Assembly (NCBI GenBank): GCA_021399395.1
Contig: JAAFKJ010000025.1
Coordinates: 1 to 24,054, forward strand
Source: Candidatus Heimdallarchaeota archaeon
GTDB lineage: Archaea; Asgardarchaeota; Heimdallarchaeia; Heimdallarchaeales; Heimdallarchaeaceae
Direction: 5' to 3'
Length of the DNA stretch: 24,054 nt
Shown piece after piece: positions 16,975 to 24,054 of the stretch; position 1 is the first letter of the stretch, and each line of letters starts with the position of its first letter. The notes beneath the pieces are model-generated. The model was not told the DNA's origin and did not search any database. It saw nothing but the letters and a program-made list of their open reading frames with translations. The translations under genes and the position numbers were made by a program.

Positions 16975-17691
16975 CTAATCACTTCCTTCTTTCTGTTTTA
17001 ACGGAAATTCGATTACTACTTCGTCATCATTTTCTAAATTGAGTTCTTCTCTAATATTGACTTTACTAATCAGTTCAAGGACATTTGCTCCATAATGCGA
17101 CCTTCGGGGAAATATGCCAGCTACTTTAGCATCAAGACCCACAACTTTTAGAGGGTAGCACAAAACATCATCGAATGGCCTTTCTTCACTCTCAAATCCT
17201 TTGATTATTATTGGCCATGATCCTCTTATTAAATCAAGATAATCAATGTAATGAGCGCTAATTCTAATATTTAAGGTACCATGAAATGGTTCGTATCCTA
17301 ATTGTGATCGAAAAGATTTCATATAGGCAGGTTGGGATACATAGTATTTCCCCTCACCCCTACCAGCGAAGACAGTTCCTTTCAGTGTAATCGAAGTTAA
17401 ATCAGGATGTAAAGCCTTCTCTAACTCAAAACGAAGTTGATCGAGAATGTGAATACCAGCTGGTTTCAGCTTAACTAAAGATCCTTTTGGAGAAGATTTC
17501 CAAGTTACAACTTTCATTTCATCTAGCTTAAGGAGACAACGGGATGCAGTTTGTTGTGATATGTTGAAGAAATTGGCTAACTGAGTGGTAGTAATTTCTA
17601 TTTCCTTTTCTGCAGCTCGGTTCTGTGCAAGGAATATTAGGAGGGCAATTTCCCTACTTGAAAGATTGAATATATCCAAGTTTATCACCAA
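16975..17691 (-). CDS. ribK: CTP-dependent riboflavin kinase with N-terminal winged-HTH regulator (RbkR)
   Basis: HTH ITTTQLA...SQQTASR; kinase domain GTVFAGRGEGKYYV, PFHGTLN, PRRSHY and LELIS..NIR..LNL. Confidence 0.92.
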   Translation of the reverse strand: MVINLDIFNLSSREIALLIFLAQNRAAEKEIEITTTQLANFFNISQQTASRCLLKLDEMKVVTWKSSPKGSLVKLKPAGIHILDQLRFELEKALHPDLTSITLKGTVFAGRGEGKYYVSQPAYMKSFRSQLGYEPFHGTLNIRISAHYIDYLDLIRGSWPIIIKGFESEERPFDDVLCYPLKVVGLDAKVAGIFPRRSHYGANVLELISKVNIREELNLENDDEVVIEFPLKQKEGSD

Positions 17692-17723
17692 TTATGGGTC
17701 ACGATACATAAAAATGTGAAGCT

Positions 17724-17737
17724 ACTTAAGCTTTTCA
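17724..17737 (-). promoter_or_regulatory. Probable BRE-TATA promoter of the rbkR-ribL operon
   Basis: Minus strand reads GAAAAGCTTAAGTA about 33 nt upstream of the rbkR start, consistent with a short-leader archaeal promoter. Confidence 0.45.
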
Positions 17738-17807
17738 ATAAGACAGCATGAAAACGACTGCTAAAGCAATCGGATAGTGTTTTATAGTTCCATGTGAAAC
17801 CAAATTT

Positions 17808-18383
17808 ATGGGAGAAGAAGAAACAATAATTGATCAATGGGAAAGAGTCAAAATCCCAGCAGCCCCTGAATTAGTAGAAGTTAAACTCAAGATTAGAGAA
17901 ACAGCTTTACTTGTTCTTGATATTCAAAACCAAAACTGTAACCAAGATAGAAGACCAAGATGTGTTAGAACACTTCACCATGTTCAGATGTTGTTACAAA
18001 AATCAAGAAAAAGTGGTATGTTAGTTGTTTATACATTAACAAGTGCTGCATCTAAAGCAGATATAAGAAGAGAAATTCTCCCACAGAGAGATGAACAAAT
18101 CATAAAGGCAAGTGTAGATAAATTCTATGAAACAAATTTAGAAGAAATCTTACAAGAGAATGGTATCAAAACTGTAATCATAGTAGGAACTTCAGCAAAT
18201 GGTGCAGTCTTACACACAGCCACAAGTGCAGTTGCAAGAAAGTTGGAGGTCATCGTTCCTATTAATGGAATTTCTTCTACATATCCTTATGAGGAGCAGT
18301 ATTCAACATGGCATCTTATGAATGCACCAGGTACAAGAAAAAGAGTAATGCTGACAAAAGCAGAGATGATACAATTCATCTAA
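17808..18383 (+). CDS. Isochorismatase/cysteine-hydrolase fold protein lacking the catalytic Cys
   Basis: TALLVLDIQN, DKFYETNLEEIL...GIKTVIIVG and TSANGAVLHTA, with Ala where the family has the C-V nucleophile. Confidence 0.85.
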   Translation: MGEEETIIDQWERVKIPAAPELVEVKLKIRETALLVLDIQNQNCNQDRRPRCVRTLHHVQMLLQKSRKSGMLVVYTLTSAASKADIRREILPQRDEQIIKASVDKFYETNLEEILQENGIKTVIIVGTSANGAVLHTATSAVARKLEVIVPINGISSTYPYEEQYSTWHLMNAPGTRKRVMLTKAEMIQFI

Positions 18384-18400
18384 AATTAGATGTAGAAAAG

Positions 18401-18509
18401 TGGCGAGCTTGGTGAGATTTGAACTCACGACCCTTAGGTTTCGATAACAGATGGCGCACTCCAAACTGTTTTAAAAGCCTACTGCTCTACCTAGCTGAGC
18501 TACAAGCCC
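18401..18509 (-). tRNA. tRNA-Lys(TTT) with a 32-nt intron at 37/38 (18440-18471); CCA encoded
   Basis: Reverse complement: GGGCTTG TA GCTC-AGCTAGGTA-GAGC A GTAGG-CT-TTT-A[intron]A-CCTAA GGGTC GTGAG-TTCAAAT-CTCAC CAAGCTC G CCA. Confidence 0.93.
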
Positions 18510-18539
18510 ACTTTGCGAGTAGGTTCTTCTTCAATGTGA

Positions 18540-18558
18540 TTTTAATAAAAGTTTCGTT
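18540..18558 (-). promoter_or_regulatory. BRE-TATA promoter of tRNA-Lys(TTT)
   Basis: Minus strand AACGAAACTTTTATTAAAA about 30 nt upstream of the tRNA; 18/19 identical to 1567-1585. Confidence 0.75.
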
Positions 18559-18617
18559 CTGTTCCCTTTTGTATTTTTCAAAAATAAAATTGGTGGATTC
18601 ACAATGTTAATTCTATT

Positions 18618-19103
18618 TTATTGACTGCTCACTTCCCCATCATATGAGGTTGTTTGTAGCGATTCAATTTTTGATGATTTAGCATAAATAAATTCATCTG
18701 AATTTTGAGCAACAGGGCTTTCTGGATTATTGGTTATTGAAAGAATAGAGCACTTCCTACTTTTAGCATCATTTATTGCTTCTATCACTCTAGGTGTTTT
18801 TCCACTTACCGAGATAGGTATCAACAGTGTATTTTCATCTAGTAAGTCATGGAATCTATATCTGTATCTAGATATTTCCATTGGTGGGAAAGCAAACGTA
18901 GAAAAACCAACCTTGTTGAAAGCTGCTTCTGTAGTTAAACTAGCACACAAAGAATCGCCACAACCAGTTAGAACAATCCTTTGAACGTTCCTTTTATCTT
19001 TCAACTTATTTGCCACTTCATAGATTGTTTCTTTACTCTGAGTTATTAGATTTCGCAGGTAAAGGGGTTGTTCATTTATTTCCTGAAGCATATGATCGGT
19101 CAT
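18618..19103 (-). pseudogene. SIS-domain sugar isomerase/GlmS-AgaS-like protein, apparently C-terminally truncated (single SIS domain)
   Basis: MLQEINEQP, IVLTGCGDS, ISVSGKTPRV and SITNNPESPVA match the first SIS domain of double-SIS proteins. The ORF stops at 161 aa with only about 60 nt before the tRNA promoter. It could instead be a functional single-domain CDS. Confidence 0.55.
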
Positions 19104-19243
19104 TTACTGTCAAATGATAGACCCTTATGCTTCTTTTTTAGTTTATCTCTTAACTGGCTCAAAGATTAATTTTTCTCTTATGTATCAGATTCTTTTTATT
19201 CCGTTTACTTTATTCCTTGCTTACAGAATAAATAGGTGCATTC

Positions 19244-21145
19244 ATGAGGTTCTTTCAGCCATTATCTCAACATGGTTTAGCTAGAGTATTAGCGGAAACA
19301 AGAACAAGAACCCATTTATCACCAGGTCTTATAGCAATAGAAAAACCAATAAAATCAGATGGATATTCTGGATTTTTTGATATTGTTCTACCACCCAGCT
19401 ATTCTAGTACTGAAAAGAACTTCAATTTACATTGGAACATTCTTGAAGCTAAGAAAGACAAAGCATTAACTACCTCTTTCTCCCACTCATTACAACCATT
19501 TTATCCATCATCAGTTGTAGCAGAACTTTCTGAGAAGGATTTTCAGAGCTATACAGAAAAATTCCTTGAGTTAGAAGATGCTCACAAACACATCTACACA
19601 TTACCAATTAGTTTCATCAATTCAGCTCATTTTGATTCAGTTTTAGATACAGACGTATCTTTAATTTCCCTTATTGGGTTAGATAAGATCTTTAACAATC
19701 AACGTAAATTAGCAGAAGTACTAATTGGTTTGAAGGAAAAAGTCTCTCCAGATATTGCAATTTATTTACCTGGACCTACATCACCAGCACATTATTCGTT
19801 CCTAACCTATATGGGGATTGATTTTTTTGATAACTCACTAGCTTACCATGTTTCAAAGAAAGGGTATTTTGTTTTGGAAGACAAATCATACTTTTTGAGC
19901 AAACACCCTGATTGCTATTGCCAATATTGTACTCAAGACCCAAGAAACATTCTAGGTCACAATGATCTAATGATGAAGAATGAGATTGCTAAAGTTAGGT
20001 TCGCTCTAGAAGAAGGTATATTAAGAGAATTAGTCGAAAAGGATATTCATAAATCTGTCACATTTGCGGCTACACTAAAACATCTTGATAATAATTATAG
20101 CAATGTTTTCAGACAGAGAACCCCGATCATTTCTTCATCCAAACTAAAATGTATAGGTGAAGAATCACTTACTCATCCAGTTATAATAGAGTATAGAGAG
20201 AGAATAAGAACTAGATTTGAACCTGCACCTGGTAAAAAGATAGTTCTTCTGTTACCTTGTTCAGCGAAAAAACCTTATTCATTTTCACGCACTCACATGA
20301 GATTTAGAGGTGCTATCAAGAAAGCAGGAAAACAAATTTTCCCCTTATTATCCGAAATCATAGTAACTTCACCTTTATCTGTAGTGCCACGAGAACTTGA
20401 GAACATATATCCTGCAAGATTTTATGATATTCCTGTATCTGGTGTCTGGTCTGAAAAGGAGATTGAAATAACTTCAAGATTACTACTTGATGTTTTGGCT
20501 CATTACCCAAAGAATACAAAAATTGTTAATCATATGCACGGACATGGTTATCAACAAATAGTTGATGTTGTAAAAGAAAAAACATCTTTTGAAGTCATAG
20601 ATACAGCAGTAGAAAAATCACCAACAGACCAAAACTCTTTGAATGAACTAGGGGAAGTGCTTTCCAATCTCAGTAAAGATTTGATGTATGATAGAGAAAA
20701 ATATGTACCATCAAAAATTAGAAAACTTCAAGCTACAGCTGATTTTCAATATGGTAAAGGAACAGGACAAATCCTATTTTCAAGAGACATTAAGATTAGA
20801 AGTAAATATCCAAAGGACTTGCAGATATTCAGAGAGAAAAAACATATCGCTACACTTTCCTCTAGAACAGGTTATCTCTCAATTTTACCTGATATAGCTC
20901 AAGAAATTATTGACACTACTCTGAACAAACTGGAATTTGGAGCTGAGTATGTGTCAGGAAGCAACATCTATGCCCCAGGACGCATAAAAGCAGATGAAAC
21001 CATTCTTCCAAATGATGAGATTTTTATTATCCATGAGAACAGAGTCATTGCTACTGCAAAAGCCATAGTATCAGGTGTGGACATGAATAAGATGACTTCT
21101 GGCAGTCTAGCAGTGACTAAGAAGAAATTAAAGGTGAAACAATGA
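19244..21145 (+). CDS. arcS: Archaeosine synthase subunit alpha (ArcS)
   Basis: Degenerate TGT-like N-terminal barrel with CYCQYC...GHN Zn site, then LLPCSAKKPYSFSRTH, IVTSPL..VPRELE..YP..YDIPVSG.W, ADFQYG and a C-terminal PUA domain. Confidence 0.9.
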   Translation: MRFFQPLSQHGLARVLAETRTRTHLSPGLIAIEKPIKSDGYSGFFDIVLPPSYSSTEKNFNLHWNILEAKKDKALTTSFSHSLQPFYPSSVVAELSEKDFQSYTEKFLELEDAHKHIYTLPISFINSAHFDSVLDTDVSLISLIGLDKIFNNQRKLAEVLIGLKEKVSPDIAIYLPGPTSPAHYSFLTYMGIDFFDNSLAYHVSKKGYFVLEDKSYFLSKHPDCYCQYCTQDPRNILGHNDLMMKNEIAKVRFALEEGILRELVEKDIHKSVTFAATLKHLDNNYSNVFRQRTPIISSSKLKCIGEESLTHPVIIEYRERIRTRFEPAPGKKIVLLLPCSAKKPYSFSRTHMRFRGAIKKAGKQIFPLLSEIIVTSPLSVVPRELENIYPARFYDIPVSGVWSEKEIEITSRLLLDVLAHYPKNTKIVNHMHGHGYQQIVDVVKEKTSFEVIDTAVEKSPTDQNSLNELGEVLSNLSKDLMYDREKYVPSKIRKLQATADFQYGKGTGQILFSRDIKIRSKYPKDLQIFREKKHIATLSSRTGYLSILPDIAQEIIDTTLNKLEFGAEYVSGSNIYAPGRIKADETILPNDEIFIIHENRVIATAKAIVSGVDMNKMTSGSLAVTKKKLKVKQ

Positions 21146-22209
21146 AAATTAATCCAGCACTTTCTTCAATGGTTAGAGAAATAAGAGAAAATTCTCTAAA
21201 AGAGAGACAACATTCAAGAAAAATTGTTAATTGGGTAGAAGATCATCGTTTGCCTACAGGTGCTGGTAAAGCACTAGTTCTTATTCTTCCAACTCGAGGA
21301 TGTTCTTGGGCTTTATCAAAAAGTGGTGGGTGTTCAATCTGCGGTTATATCTACGATAATCCTCTACAACCTGATTATGATATTATGTTGCATTCATTCA
21401 AAGAAATTCTCACTCAAAAAATTGAGAAGGATTTGAAATATTCTTTGAAACTTTTTACCAGCGGGAGTTTTCTAGATACCAGAGAAGTACCTTTAGAAAT
21501 TCAAAAAGAAATGATGAAGGAAGCAGCAAAGTATGATCAGATCGAGGAAATTGTTTTGGAATCGAGACCTGAATATGTCACTGAATCAGTCTTAGACAAT
21601 ATTGCTGAACACATAGAAATTAGCAAAATCGAGATTGCAATAGGATTGGAGAGTGCTAATAATGCTATTCTTCAGAATTCAATTAACAAAGGTTTCTTCT
21701 GGGAGGATTTTGTAAAAGCAACAAACAGAATTAAGGACAAAGGAGCAAGAGTTAAAGCTTACTTGTTGTTCAAACCACCATTTATATCTGAATTTGACTC
21801 AATTAATGATATTCTTGAAAGTGTTTCGAAAGTTGCTGATTTAGGTGTTAATACCGTCTCAATTAATGCCATGAGTATTCACAGGGGAACTTTTCTTTCA
21901 CAATTATTTGAAAAGCAGTTGTATAGAACACCTTGGTTATGGTCACTATTACACCTATGTCAAGAAATAAAGCAAAAGTTTCCTGATATGAGACTAATCT
22001 GCGATGTTGTTGCAGGAGGAAGTGAAAGAGGGGCTCATAATTGTGGAGAGTGTGATAAGGAGATAATCTCTATACTGAAGAAATTTGTTTTAAACCAGGA
22101 TAGCAGTGCGCTTAAAGAAGAAGTCACATGCTCATGCAAAACTGAATGGAGAAGTTTTCTATTTAGTGAAAAGATTTCTAATTCTGAAATATTAGATATA
22201 TACAGATAA
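21142..22209 (+). CDS. raSEA: Archaeosine biosynthesis radical SAM protein RaSEA
   Basis: TRGCSW...GGCSICGY, KLFTSGSFLD, ESRPEY, IGLESAN, SINKGF, KAYLLFKPPF, PWLWS and RGAHNCGECD...CSC motifs; ATGA overlap with arcS. Confidence 0.9.
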   Translation: MKINPALSSMVREIRENSLKERQHSRKIVNWVEDHRLPTGAGKALVLILPTRGCSWALSKSGGCSICGYIYDNPLQPDYDIMLHSFKEILTQKIEKDLKYSLKLFTSGSFLDTREVPLEIQKEMMKEAAKYDQIEEIVLESRPEYVTESVLDNIAEHIEISKIEIAIGLESANNAILQNSINKGFFWEDFVKATNRIKDKGARVKAYLLFKPPFISEFDSINDILESVSKVADLGVNTVSINAMSIHRGTFLSQLFEKQLYRTPWLWSLLHLCQEIKQKFPDMRLICDVVAGGSERGAHNCGECDKEIISILKKFVLNQDSSALKEEVTCSCKTEWRSFLFSEKISNSEILDIYR

Positions 22210-22230
22210 GACCATTTTTCCACTAGTAAT

Positions 22231-23211
22231 CTAGTCAGATTCTTTATACTCGAGAACAACATTTTTGATTCTTGTGGCTATTCTTTCAAAAACAGGTTTC
22301 ATAAGAACCGCGTCGACTTCCTTTGTTCCAACTGCATAAATGAAATTACTATCATCAATTGGTACAAAGATTATTTGATGTTTCTCGGTAATCTGAATGG
22401 AATTTTCCATTTCTTCATCTTTCATGATCTTAATTATATTTTCAAGATATTTTTCGCAAATTAACAGAGTCTTCTCAACAAAATCATCTTCAAGATGACC
22501 ACTTTGAAAGAAGATTTTAGCTTCTTCTTGATTGTGTTCTACAAAGACAAGATGGTCAATTCCAGCAATACTATTCAGAATATTAAACGTAACAGCACTT
22601 AACATCTGGTCTTTGGTTAGTGGTTCTTCACTTTTCTCTGGTTTCTTTGCGTCTTTGAGTTTTTCTTGTTCCACTTTAGCTGTTTTTTTTGTATCTAACA
22701 TCAAATCATCGAAACTTATAGGAATATCAACAAGATCAAGATCAATCTCCAACTTGGGATATTGTTTCTTCTTTGCCTTATTGGTTTTTACCACTTGAGG
22801 TGCTTTGAGAATTGGTTCAAATAATAGTTCCACTGTCTGATTGTAAACAGCTGCTGCACCCGAAAATACTTGTTCGGGGTTTGAACTATGAAATTTAGCT
22901 CGAGATTTTTCTTCAAACTCGTCCGCCAAAAGCCCAATGACACTATTAGCTATTTTACGTTTATCAATTCCATGGCTCAGTACGTAAGTAATATCCTGTA
23001 TTTTACGAAAAGAAATTTTTGATTTTGAAAGTTCAATAGTTCCATAATCAGAGATTTTTGTTTCTTCTGTAAAGGAGCAGATTGCCTTAACAACATTGGT
23101 TAGGATATCTATGGGGCATCTGTCTTCTTTGAAAATACTTTCTTTATAGATTACACCATCTTTATTTCCTAAGAAGAATCCGTAGATATCAGAAGCATTT
23201 TCGGACACCAA
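22231..23211 (-). CDS. Hypothetical protein: N-terminal longin-like domain, charged linker, C-terminal roadblock-like domain
   Basis: N-term IYGFFLGNKDG..Y...DILTNVVKAICSFTEE...TIELSKSKISFRK..ITYVL has a longin pattern. C-term ILNSIAGIDHLVFV...QIIFVPIDDSNFIYAVG...LMKPVFERIATRIK has a roadblock pattern. Folds inferred by eye. Confidence 0.6.
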   Translation of the reverse strand: MVSENASDIYGFFLGNKDGVIYKESIFKEDRCPIDILTNVVKAICSFTEETKISDYGTIELSKSKISFRKIQDITYVLSHGIDKRKIANSVIGLLADEFEEKSRAKFHSSNPEQVFSGAAAVYNQTVELLFEPILKAPQVVKTNKAKKKQYPKLEIDLDLVDIPISFDDLMLDTKKTAKVEQEKLKDAKKPEKSEEPLTKDQMLSAVTFNILNSIAGIDHLVFVEHNQEEAKIFFQSGHLEDDFVEKTLLICEKYLENIIKIMKDEEMENSIQITEKHQIIFVPIDDSNFIYAVGTKEVDAVLMKPVFERIATRIKNVVLEYKESD

Positions 23212-23303
23212 TTGAATTGCTTTGTTTGTCGTTTCAATCTCCTCTTATCTATACTATATAGAACACTACTCTTTTTATTGATTCGCATGATGTGTTTTTG
23301 TCA

Positions 23304-23450
23304 TCTTGTCATAGTAACAAGAACGGTTAAATATCTTTCTTAGAGATCATCATATAGAGCAGTGCAACTGTTCTATACTCACTCTGAGCGGATACATCAC
23401 GTATCCTCCTACCTCGTTCGCTGTGCGTTTAGGCACGGCTTTCGGATCGC
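23304..23450 (-). ncRNA. Putative TnpB omegaRNA/reRNA scaffold overlapping the tnpB 3' end
   Basis: Consecutive hairpins at 23390-23406, 23378-23388, 23353-23377 and 23304-23322. TnpB guide RNAs are known to be encoded at this position. Boundaries are inferred. Confidence 0.45.
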
Positions 23451-24054
23451 TTTTAACTAAAATATTATACGCTGCATTAATATCAGCATTGATTAAATAA
23501 CCTTGTGATGATTTGAACAACCCTCGGCTCACCCTCTTTCCAGCATACTTTGGTCGGGATCGGGGGAATTCGTTATCAAGAAAACTACACTTAGAGGTAT
23601 AGTCTTCAGGGATGAGCTCAACCTTTATCCCTCTCTCAGCTGCTTTATACTTCAGGATATTAATGATACGCATGAAGGGGATGGTGACGAACATTTGGGA
23701 GACTTTTTTCCAGAAATGCACCCCTTGTTTCCACTTCTTGTTATAACCAATTACCACTTCATGAATGGCTCTTTCCACCCACAATTCTATCAGATAATGC
23801 GTGAGTTTGTGGATGGCATCTTTGAGTTTCTTCCTCCACTTTTCACGCAACTGGTAGAAGGTTTTTCCATATGTTAATTTATTCTTTGTTTTCAGCTGCT
23901 GACGTTGCTGCAGGACATATTGTTCTCTTAGTTTGGTCTGGTTTTTTAGATAATATTGTGTAATTGATTTTATCCCTTTCCCATGATCCTTGATAACAAT
24001 CGGTTGATTCCCGAGGTTATCCACAAAGGTCACAAGATTGGTCATCCCTAAATC
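23350..24054 (-). CDS. tnpB: TnpB RNA-guided endonuclease (IS200/IS605 or IS607 family), 5' part outside the window
   Basis: The frame stays open to the window edge, giving RuvC-I DLGMTNL (Asp codon 24052-24054), then HKLTHYLI, VVIGYNKKWKQ, LKYKAAERGI, PEDYTSKCSFLD, RVSRGLF and RuvC-III INADINAAYNI. Confidence 0.92.
   Translation of the reverse strand, partial: DLGMTNLVTFVDNLGNQPIVIKDHGKGIKSITQYYLKNQTKLREQYVLQQRQQLKTKNKLTYGKTFYQLREKWRKKLKDAIHKLTHYLIELWVERAIHEVVIGYNKKWKQGVHFWKKVSQMFVTIPFMRIINILKYKAAERGIKVELIPEDYTSKCSFLDNEFPRSRPKYAGKRVSRGLFKSSQGYLINADINAAYNILVKSDPKAVPKRTANEVGGYVMYPLRVSIEQLHCSI

Larger units (their letters stand above)
23278..24054 (-). mobile_element. Right portion of a tnpB-encoding insertion sequence; exact right end uncertain (between about 23278 and 23346)
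   Basis: tnpB ORF, visibly higher GC than the flanking genes, subterminal hairpins, and a TCAA (minus strand, 23278-23281) resembling IS200/IS605 right-end cleavage motifs. No tnpA is visible in the window. Confidence 0.55.

Noticed and set aside
17808-18383. Calling this gene nicotinamidase pncA because pncB is nearby
   Set aside because: It lacks the catalytic Cys and the metal-binding His/Asp motif.
18559-18620. Stop-codon recoding or frameshift rescuing the SIS gene
   Set aside because: The stop is TAA, the downstream sequence is too short for a second domain, and it contains the tRNA promoter.
474-23877. Short antisense or alternate-frame ORFs (e.g. 474..692, 1299..1532, 5440..5742, 7923..8303, 8192..8461, 13236..13706, 20688..20897, 22532..22798, 23695..23877)
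   Set aside because: All lie largely within well-supported genes and look like shadow frames with no recognisable motifs.

Overview
AT-rich, gene-dense archaeal chromosomal DNA, most likely from an Asgard archaeon (Heimdallarchaeia-like). The lineage is an inference from the roadblock and longin-fold genes sitting beside core archaeal genes. Most of the window is housekeeping. tRNA metabolism: trm5, arcS plus raSEA (archaeosine), and two intron-containing tRNA-Lys genes (CTT and TTT) with near-identical promoters. Cofactor salvage: pncB, a CinA-N/COG1058 protein and rbkR-ribL. Polyprenyl synthesis: GGPP synthase and uppS. Others: GPN-loop GTPase, translin/TRAX, glycerate kinase and a partial M20 peptidase missed by the ORF track. 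The most interesting signals: (i) three roadblock/longin-fold genes, including an apparent longin-roadblock fusion and a di-longin gene directly upstream of a single-pass beta-helix surface protein whose cytoplasmic tail carries a PPxYxxI motif; (ii) tRNA introns with bulge-helix-bulge (BHB) geometry but degenerate central helices; (iii) a partial tnpB with the rearranged, Fanzor-type RuvC-II catalytic site and a hairpin-rich 3' end (putative omegaRNA); (iv) an FAD synthase with a winged-helix-like N-terminus next to RbkR; (v) apparent pseudo-enzymes or truncations (NYN, SIS). All family calls come from reading motifs by eye; no searches were run.
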